Position numbers and translations under genes: made by a program
Assembly (NCBI RefSeq): GCF_006345805.1
Contig: NC_043005.1
Span: forward strand, 51,026,001-51,090,000
Source of the DNA: Octopus sinensis
Lineage: Eukaryota
Length of the DNA stretch: 64,000 nucleotides
Direction: 5' to 3'
The notes under the pieces: generated by a model
Told to the model about the DNA's origin: nothing
Databases searched by the model: none
What the model saw: only the letters and a program-made list of their open reading frames with translations
Shown: piece by piece, positions 54,415-64,000 of the stretch
How positions within the stretch are numbered: position 1 is the stretch's first letter
Layout: the number at the start of each line of letters is the position of its first letter

Positions 54415-56324
54415 TCTTTCTTTATTTTGGTACTATGGCCATTACACAGTGGGGACAGCAGAAGGACAGACAAAACACCACAGTGGGGACAAAAAACATA
54501 CAATGAATGAAAATGATGTTATGTAATAATGGAAATGAAATGGCTGCATGAGTCCCACTCCCATGTAGTACCATTTGAACGTTCAATTACACAGCTTAGA
54601 ATCGTTCATTTTTACTTTTGTTTTTTTTTTTCTTTATGATCTTTTTTCTTCCTTTTTTGAAATTTAAACAATTTTACTTATTTTATTTTCCTTTTTAACA
54701 TTTCATTAAGGGTTCAAGATCTTTTAATTCTATCACTGGTGACAATTCATCAAATTCCACCATTACTCCTGGCGGATCAATTCCCCTTCCACACATATTT
54801 TTCAGCCTGCTGTATCTCTCCTTATCGACCACAATGGCCTTCACGTTCTCTGAGTATATTTCTATGAGCAGCTTCACCCTTATAATAGCCTTAAATTTCA
54901 TTATTTTCCACTCAGTTTCTTTATTTTTAGCATATATCACAAAATTCCATCGGTATTTTTTCGCCTTTCTTGTTTGTTTACCCTTTTCTTGCTCTACTCC
55001 TAGTACTTTTTCCTCTTCTACTCTGAATAGTTTCGCCATTTCACCCTCATACAGTTGCTCGCCTAAATCCTTTTCCTCCACTGGTGTAACCAGTGTCTTT
55101 GCTGCTGTCTCCTCCTGAAACTCCTCCTCGAGCTCCTCTTCAAGCTCCTTTTCAATCTCCTTCTCAACCATCTTCTCAGCCTCCTCCCTTCTAACTTCCT
55201 TCACAACCTCTTTCTCTACCCCCTTAATCACTTCTTTCTTTTTTCTTTTTTTTTTCTTTTCCTATCTCTCTGGCGGAGAACTTACTTTTTCACTCCTCTT
55301 TCTCTTTTTGACTACCGTGAATTCCTCCTCTGTTTTTGTCTCCTTTACCTCGACGTGTACCACTTGGTCCACATTCTCCTGATCCACAGTCTGCTCCATC
55401 TGTTGTTCCGCTTCTCTCTGGAGGCACCTCGTCTTCATATGGCCTTTTTCTCCACACAAGTAGCATATGGGAGGCAAACCCTCCACCACCACTCTCAACC
55501 TTACAGCCTCAGGCAGAACTATTTTTTCTGCAATTCTGTTGAGGTCTTCCAAACTCGCTTGTATGACCATCCCTATGCCATATCCCAATAATTCAACCTT
55601 TTGGCTCACGTTGCCTGGAGTATCTTGGCATTCTCCTCCATATTAAACATTATGGCTGCCATCAGCCATGCTTCCTTTATCTCTGGGGGTACTTTGCCAA
55701 CTCTCACCCTGGCAACATGCTTTCCACAGTACGTCGGCAAAAGTATCCATTCTTCCCTCCTTATTGCTTCTGTGGAGAGCTTAATCGCTTCGCCCTCCGT
55801 CGCGAAACGCACCTCCACTGTGCCATACCTCCTTCTACGTGTGATGAACGTGGTCAGTTTCTTGATTTCCTTCAAGCATTCCTCAATATATCTTCAATAG
55901 GTGCTATTTCAATCTTCCTTGTTGATATCTTCAATGTTTTAAAAATCACTGTCCTCTTTGTTAACACTGCTTGTGAGTTCCTCAGGCGGCGTCAATCGCA
56001 ACGTTTTTCCCTCCTTTTTCAATAGTTTCTCACATTCTTTCATCTTTTTCGGCTCCACTTTTGCTTCACGCACCTCCAAAGCTTCAACTTCTATTCCTTT
56101 ATCAGTTGCTGCCGCATAGCTGTGGCCTCTTGCTGGCACTTTCTCCATCTTTCCCACAATGGGGCGAAAACAAACAATTCAACAATAATAGTAACAGCAA
56201 TTTCAACAGTAACAATCAATAATCTTGGGTACACCCACGAGGGGAGACCTTCAACAAATATTTAACAAGGCGACTTGCGTCTGACAGCAATCAGAAAAAG
56301 CGATAAAATTAACTCCGACATGAA
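54415..56324 (-). mobile_element. ORF1-only (HAL1-like) L1/Tx1-type element with a CCHC knuckle and an unrecognised C-terminal domain
   Basis: Frameshifted ORFs 56157-54695: SYAAA, RVRVGKVPP, VVVEGLPPICYLCGEKGHMKTRC; no EN/RT; AATAAA at the 3' end; 24-bp direct repeat on both sides. Confidence 0.75.
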
Positions 56325-57210
56325 TATCTCAAACCGCCTACTACGTACTTTCGTACTTCACGTACTTCTCTTTACTTATAGTGACTATATTTTCATCACA
56401 TGGGAGGGGTGTGCCAGTATTACTAATTCCCTACAACACATAGAATTTCTGAGAAAGTTCATTTATCCCCTTCTGAGATAAACCTTGCAGTTAGTACACC
56501 TGCATTCTGCAGTCAATGAAGCCGTTCAAGAATTTGGACTTGGAGATCTCCATTTCCAGCGACTTCGAGGGCCACCTCCCAGTGGTGTCGGGCGTCAACG
56601 AAGAGCCCTCGACTACAACAAGACGACCCAAATTTTTTTTTTCTAAGGTCTGGGGTCTCCCGCCCCTAAGCCCTAGACCATCACCTAATCACGCTTACCC
56701 GTCGTGTTGCTTAACAACAACAACAACAACAGCAGCAGTCAATGAAATAAGTACTTGCTAAATACTGAGGTTAACTCAAACGCCTCAAACAACTATTCCA
56801 AAGATGTAGCCTTGTAACTATATTGATTTCAAATTTTGGCTCCAGGTCAGCAACTTCGGAGGAGGGGTAAGTCGATTACATCGAACCCAGTGATAAAATG
56901 GTACTTTATTTATCAACCACGAAAGGATGAAAGACAAAGACGATCTCGGCAAAATTTGAAATCAGAACGTAAAGACGGACAAAATGCCGCCAAGCATTTT
57001 GCCTGGCGTGCTAACGATTCGGCCGGCTCGATGACTTTAGGTTTGTAAATGCCTTTATTCTTTTACTTGTTTTCAGTCATTAAACTGGTGCCATGCTGGG
57101 GCACCGCCTAGACACACACACACACATACTTACGACGGATTTCCTTCAGTTTCCATCTATTAAATCCACACACAGTTTTGGTCGGCCCGATGCTCCCAAC
57201 CACATGGTGT

Positions 57211-57426
57211 GGGGTTCAGTCTCACTGCGTGGCACCTTGGGCATGTGTCTTCTACTATAGCTTTGAGCCAACCAAAGCCCTGTGAGTGGAAACCCGTCGT
57301 ATATATATATAATTTTATATATATATATATATATATACGACAGGTTTCCACTCACAGGGCTTTGGTCGGCTCAAAGCTATAGTAGAAGACACATGCCCAA
57401 GGTGCCACGCAGTGAGACTGAACCCC
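57211..57426. repeat. Fold-back duplication of a SINE B fragment centred on (TA)n
   Basis: ~90-bp unique arms with 2 mismatches that share private variants absent from other copies. Confidence 0.9.
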
Positions 57427-57431
57427 AAACC

Positions 57432-57466
<35 letters not shown>

Positions 57467-57467
57467 A

Positions 57468-57503
<36 letters not shown>

Positions 57504-58054
57504 CGGGAGGGAACACGTACGAATACGAATCCAACTGCTTGCTAGAAAGAGATGCTAATGTCTAAAAACTAACATATCATAAAAATAACGCGTCGTACAC
57601 GAGCAAATAAACGAAACAGATTCATGAAACGGTTCAATTACACGTCAATTGATTTCAATATTAAGAAGCAATCTCTTTTTCTATTATCAGTGTAATACAA
57701 CCAGGTGAATGCACATAACCGGGAACAAAAATACATACCTGTGGAACAGAAGAAGCTCCGAACAACATACATACATACATACATTCATATATATATATAT
57801 TTCGAAACACGCTGGAGTTGAACTAGGAACAGCTGATGAAGGGGATTTTTCCTTGTGTAGTTTGTCTTGTACTCCGTTTTTTTCGTTTAGGTCCGTTTCC
57901 ACGTTTGTTTTTACGTCTTCGTTTCTCGTTGAGTTCTACGTCTATTTGTGGTGTCCTGTACTCACGTATATATATTTATATATGCATGTATATATACATG
58001 AAGATGTAGGTACGTACATATATGTATGTATGTATGCATATATTTTATTTATTA

Positions 58055-58085
<31 letters not shown>

Positions 58086-58099
58086 CGAGTAAAACGCCC

Positions 58100-58528
58100 C
58101 CCCCCCCACCGTCCAAAGGGCGGTGCTAAGTTGTCAAACATTTAAACTAAATTTTCTCAAAACAACTTGTCCGACTGTCCCATAGGCCTCCCCTTTGAGA
58201 AACACTGATTTAACCTAAATTTGAGATACCAGCAAAAGAAGAAATAAAGATAGACTTTTTTTCTATTCCAAAGAAAAACGATTTTATTCACACAACGCGT
58301 AGTATCGAGCGCAACAGCTGATGTACTTGCGCGTACAAATGCACGTTCCCGTGGCTTTATCGATCGCATTCTCACCTGGAATCGATTTTTGAAATTTTTT
58401 CAAGACTTATAAACGTCCTGATACCGTCGGTATCTACATATCAATTTTGAGCGCAATCGGATGGAGGATGCCCGAGATCCTAGAAGACACACACACACAG
58501 ACAGACAGAACGATTTTATATAATAGAT
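58100..58528. mobile_element. Possible non-autonomous Helitron/Helentron-like element
   Basis: Ends in cacacagacagacagaacgattttatataatagat, resembling DINE/HINE-type ends; no coding evidence. Confidence 0.4.
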
Positions 58529-59523
58529 ATAGAAATAATTTTATAAGTAGAAGTAGTGAAATAGCAGAAAAGTTACCGGAATTTCTGTATCTACGCTTGA
58601 ATTTATACGTTCGGAGTTCAATCCCCGATGGAGTTCGATAAAGCAAAGTTCAGTATCAATCACATAGAGAGAGATTACGAAATTAATCGATGTTACATAT
58701 GACCTCAAGGTTGTGCCAGAGGCCATGTAGCGGAGGTGGTGGTGGTGGTTAGGGTGGATCTAAGAACCACCTAGGAGATACAACAGAGAAAATACGTTAT
58801 CAGCTTACTAACAGCAGCATCTTGAAATCGCATCCCTGTATAAGTGGCATTTCGTGCATTAATCTCAGAAACACTATTTTCTTTATTTCTCTTTTTTTTT
58901 TATATAGCTGGTAGAACCAGTGGGAGAGACTCGCTCACACACATGGAGAGAGAGGGGGGAGAGGGAGAAAGAACCACACACACACGCACATGAGCAATTA
59001 AAGAGACAGATACAGAGACAGGGCATGTCTGAAAAAAAGCATCGTCATCATCATCATTAACATTTTCGAGCAGATGTGAAGTGGTAAGAATTAAATACAC
59101 CTTTCACAAAGTGCACACTTTTCTCTCCTTTTAATCCGACCTTTTCTCGCTTCTCTCTTTCTTAGTCTTTCTTCCTATCTCTCCCTTCCACTCTCTCTCA
59201 CTCCCTTTCTCTGTCCCTCTCAGCCACTCCTTTTTTTTATTCAGTTTTTCTGTCCTTTATCTCTTAAAACTTTTGAAAGTAGTGATTCCCACAGTATGGC
59301 CACAGTCTATTCTTTTATTTACTTCAGTCATTTCACTGCAGCTATGCTAGAGCGCCGCCTTTAGTCAAGCAAATCGACCCCAGGACTTATTCTTTGTAAG
59401 CCTAGTACTTATTCTATCGGTCTCTTTTGTCGAACCACTAAGTTACGGGGACGTACACACACCAGCATCAGTTGTCAAGGGATGTTGGGGGACAAAGACA
59501 GACATACAAACATATACACACAC

Positions 59524-59556
<33 letters not shown>

Positions 59557-60618
59557 TATATATATGTATATATACGACGGGCTTCTTTCAGTTTCCGTCA
59601 ACCAAATCCACTCAGAAGGCTTTGGTTGGTCAGAGGCTATAGTAAAAGACACTTGCCCAAGGTGCCACGCGGTGGGACTGAACCTGGAACCATGTGGTTT
59701 GTAAGCAAGCTACTTACCACACAGCCACTCCGGATAATTAAATAAAACTATAACGAATAAAGCAGTGATTTTTAAAAATCTTTTTACGCCTTGAAGGGCT
59801 TAGTCGAACAAATGTGTGCATTTATAGTAGTTCACAGATCCATTAATGAGGTAGAATGTTTGCTATGTATCATACCAAGCATCCTGCCTCATTAATAAAT
59901 CTGTGACTTACCATAAATGCACGCATCATATCAACACTATCCTGCAACACGCAACACACAGTAGCGAAATGTGCATATTATAACACTGTAACGAATTATG
60001 TAATCTGATGAGGTTTCTTCTGCAATGTGAGGTGCATTCGATTCCATTATACTGTTCCCCACCCACTAGGGAGCAGTGCAGATGTAAACCAAAACGATCG
60101 TCGTATTAAACAAAGCTTACAGTATATTCTGTCTTCCATACCAATTATTTAAAATATCCTAAAAGTGCAGCGAGGAATTCTTTACGTATATCCTGCGACA
60201 AAATGCAGTATCGCGGATGACGCCTGGTAGGTAGTGAATGTGCTCTCAAAGCACACTAAATAAATAAATACATAAATGTGCCCTTTTAAAGGCTTTAGTC
60301 GAACCTGAGGCTCGACCAAAGCCTAGTGAGTGGATTTGGTAGACGTGGCATGTGTGTGTGTGTATTTGTTTGTGAAGATTATATATATATATATTCAAAA
60401 TGTAACCGCGTGTGTACCGTTGGCGATTTTTTTTCCTCCTTTTTTTCCTCCGTCTTCCCTTCTCTGGATCTTTCCTTTTCCTATGCTTCTGACGAAGAGC
60501 TCCGCTCGAAACGTAAAACCCTCCTTCTTCCCTTCCTTCCTGGGCGTCCAATAATACTATATTTGTTCCACGTCCTCGCGTTGTTGTGTTTTCTCTTTGT
60601 GTTTTCATGTTTGGATTA

Positions 60619-60675
<57 letters not shown>

Positions 60676-60968
60676 GTTGCCGTAGAAAGGGTTGTCCCGA
60701 TTTTAAAGGGTACTAAAATACAAACACATGGAGATGCATGTAAAAAAAACTTTGTATTTCTATGAAGCTCATTAAATGCCATTTCTTTCCATTTCAGGTA
60801 GTACCCACAATGGCCTGCAGTGGAGAGCATCGTGCATTTATTGTTGAAGAGTTTGTTTTTTCTTGTTTCTTCATGTGCTTGATTTTTATTAACCTTTGAA
60901 ATCAGAGCATTTCTGCCGCATTATTTACATTGTTTACATTTGATGGATATTTGTCCTCATCTCTGTTG

Positions 60969-61017
60969 CTAACACAACGTTTCGGCTGATATACCTTCCA
61001 GCCTTCATCAGGTATCT
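60969..61017 (-). ncRNA. Minimal type-I hammerhead-ribozyme-like motif in a PLE 3' repeat
   Basis: GATAC-CTGATGA-A-GGCTG(loop)CAGCC-GAAA-CGTT-GTGTT: core, 5-bp stem II, palindromic stem III, wobble-containing stem I. Confidence 0.65.
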
Positions 61018-61636
61018 TGGGAAAATTTCGAACCTAGGTTCTCATTCCTAGGGTATTTTTGATGTTGTTGTTATTATTATTATTATTGAGTGAGAGAGCA
61101 GTGCATGCCATCAAAGTGACACGGGTAAACAGTACGAAGTCCAGTATACCCATGACTACCCATTTGATTAGGGTACATTAGGTGCATGCCTCACAACCAT
61201 ATGTGCGCGACATGGTGATCTTATATCAAGATAAACAGCACATGACCTTGCAGGTGGGGCCCAGTAAGAATTTTCTTCTGATCGAGTAACCCATCCTGCT
61301 CAATAGGTCCCTGAATAAGGATTGTTTATGAAGGTTGAACAAAACACCCATGTTTCCAGAAGTGAATTATTCAAACCCCAAAAGTTCCTCTCAACACATG
61401 GCTATGATGCTCCCCCACTACTTCTGCTCGTGATCAGAGATGCACATATCGTCAGCCACTAAGGGACATGCTCAACTGGTTAAGGTCAAACAACTGACAA
61501 GCAAATCTGTGGTATTGAGCAGAATATTTGCTGTAGCCCATCTTTTATACCAAGACAAAACAATGTACATGATAACACTTCCAATTAGTTAAGATCAGAA
61601 GCCACGCGAGCCACTGCCTCGTACTGCATCAGGGCA

Positions 61637-61815
<179 letters not shown>

Positions 61816-61829
61816 CAGGTCACTACCTG

Positions 61830-62524
61830 GAATCGAACTCAGAATCTTTTATTTTTCGTATTTTCCAGTGGTGTTCTCTGTCTATTATTTTAACTTCATC
61901 CCACAGGAAGGGGGTCTCTATTTTTTCCATACATGATCAGCTATACCGGATTTATCAATATCTCCTCGTGTCACAGCTTTGCGATGTTCGTCTACCCTTA
62001 TTTTGAGGGGGCGGAATGTTTCGCCTTTGTATAACCTACTACAGCTGTATGGGATGGAGTACACGCAGTTCTTAGGCATATTCTCTACTATTGGTGGTTT
62101 TACTCGAAGGAGATATTTGCGAAGTGTTCTGTTACTCTTGAATACTGTCCTGATGTCATATGGGCTGCATATCATTTGTATCTTTTCGGAGAGGCCTTTC
62201 ACATATGGTAGACAGGCTGTGGACAGTTTATTGGTTTCATCCTCTCTTTTCTTCATAATTGGATTGGATAATATGTTTTGGGGATAGTTGTTGCTTAATA
62301 GATTGTTACTGAGCTTGATCATTTCTTCATGGTAGGTATTACGATCGCTACTTATATTCTTTGCTCGATGTTTTTTGAACGCCCCCGCACTAGATCTTAT
62401 CACTTCCTCCCTGGGGGTGGTACCGACCACCTTGCTAACCACCGATTTAATGTATCTAACGTCCGATCAATCGCACAACTAACGTTTCATCGACTTAACC
62501 AACGGAGGATTTATCACTTACTCA
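61830..62524 (-). mobile_element. PLE RT-thumb/GIY-YIG fragment
   Basis: CLPYVKGLSEKI...CVYSIPYSCSRLYKGETFRPLKIRVDEH...SGIADHVW, then WDEVKIIDREHHWKIRKIK. Confidence 0.88.
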
Positions 62525-62596
62525 TACATGCACACACACACATACACACACACATACACATATATATACGTGTGAGTGTGTGTGTGTATGTGCGTC

Positions 62597-62638
<42 letters not shown>

Positions 62639-62835
62639 TGTATGTGTGTATGTGTCTGTGTGTGTATGGGTCAGTGAGTGATAAATCCTCCATTGATTAA
62701 GACGATGAAACGGTAGTTGTTCGATTGATCGAACTTCAGATCCATTCAAACTGTGGTTAGCAGGATGGTCGGTACCGCCCCCATGGGAACACCAATAAGA
62801 TCTAGTGCGGGTGTTTAAAAATCGATCTGTAAAAA
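62365..62835. repeat. Diverged inverted repeat (~160-bp PLE-derived arms) around a (CA)n-(TA)-(TG)n spacer
   Basis: 62365-62524 resembles the reverse complement of 62672-62835. Confidence 0.85.
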
Positions 62836-63457
62836 CATTGCTTGAACTTGGTTGTCTCCTCAAAACAAGTACAAAGAAGAAAGATAAAATAAAATAAAAT
62901 AAAAACCCGAAAAGTATATTGACAAAGCTGATTATGAAATTCCCAACAAAGATATATATTAAACAAAAGCAGCGTTAACAACGCTAACGACAAATGTATC
63001 AGCAACAACAGAATAAAAATTACATACATACGCGCGCGCGTGTGTGTGTGCGTGAATTCGCGTGGGTTAGTAGTTAGGGTATTAGGCGCTCGATCTAACG
63101 ATCATGAGTTCAGTTCCCGGTAACGCATTGTGTCCTTGAGCAAATCACTTTATTTCACGCTGCTCCAGTCCACTCAGCTGGCAAAAAGGAATAGTGCCTT
63201 GTATTTCAAAGGGCCAGCTCTGTCAAACTCTGTGTTACGCTGAATTTCCCTGAGGACTTACGTTAAGGGTACACATGTCTGATTGGATCAACTAGAAGCC
63301 TCGTCATTGTAGCCGATGGAGTGCCACATATGTGTGTATATATATATATATATCCTGGACAAACACTCCCTCTGGCAGGTGCCGCAAATGTAGCGAAGAC
63401 TGTTCCTGGCTGGTTGTAATGTCATAGTTTCTTGTTGACGTCTTTTTTGTCTTTCCA

Positions 63458-63518
<61 letters not shown>

Positions 63519-63662
63519 ACTCCTTTGTGTTCCCTCTTTTGTTTGTCCAGGATAGGACTACACAGCCACAGCAGGAGATGTATTAGGACATGAAATGAAA
63601 AAACCGGGCTAGACTATTTTATGTGCAACTCCATTGTCTCCCGAGACAAAAAGGATGCCAAC

Positions 63663-63699
<37 letters not shown>

Positions 63700-64000
63700 T
63701 AGCAGAAGTACCAGGCATTGCTCGGGGTTCAAATACTACAACGTTGTTGATACTTAGTAAATTTCCTATGTCATAAAGAACGTTAACGCCAAATTGTGAC
63801 AAAACTGGTCGCCGGGTACCGCTAAATCCAAGGAGTAACTGTTTGATATGATGTCCTGAGAAATGCTTTAATGCGTTCGAAGATGGTTTGACAATCACGA
63901 GTAAAGTAGCACTGAAAAAGGCTTTTTTGTCATTCTCACATCGGTAACAATTTGACAAGAATCCCTGAAAAGGTCTATGTGTTCTCAGGTGGTGTATCAA

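Noticed and set aside
58812-58865. Minus-strand ...ATGCTGCTGTTA|gtaag mini-exon candidate for the acidic gene
   Set aside because: The MLLL reading is phase 0 and too short; the phase-1 reading (MRFQDAAV) is not a signal peptide; unsupported without RNA data
62802-63029. Minus ORF with a signal-peptide-like start (MYVIFILLLLIHLSLALL...) as the candidate first exon of the acidic gene
   Set aside because: Overlaps the PLE-derived inverted arm, and no phase-1 donor was identified after the hydrophobic stretch
63614-64000. 128-aa minus ORF at the window edge
   Set aside because: Runs through a (TA)n tract; no recognisable domain on either strand

Overview
AT-rich, intron/intergenic-type eukaryotic DNA. 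It is dense in microsatellites ((TA)n, (TACA)n, (GATA)n, (ATT)n, (CA)n) and tRNA-derived SINEs that I recognise from memory, not by database search, as typical of Octopus genomes. No rRNA, intact tRNA, CRISPR or prokaryotic features were found, and most ORFs in the track are microsatellite or antisense artefacts. The only convincing host coding sequence is a large minus-strand terminal exon (50199-47330, phase-1 acceptor) encoding about 955 aa of an Asp/Glu-rich, Lys-block, probably secreted protein; its upstream exon was not found. The rest is nested transposon debris: R4/Dong-type, CR1-type, RTE-type and Penelope-like (PLE) retroelements, a hAT transposase fragment, several MITEs, and a Gypsy gag-pro remnant. 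Highlights: (1) the acidic block-copolymer protein; (2) an ORF1-only, L1/Tx1-like element sitting twice at the same 24-bp site in what looks like a Gypsy LTR; (3) a minimal hammerhead-ribozyme-like motif at the 3' end of a PLE; (4) several fold-back or inverted duplications next to (TA)n tracts; (5) an ABAB tetrameric SINE array. All alignments and identities were judged by eye.
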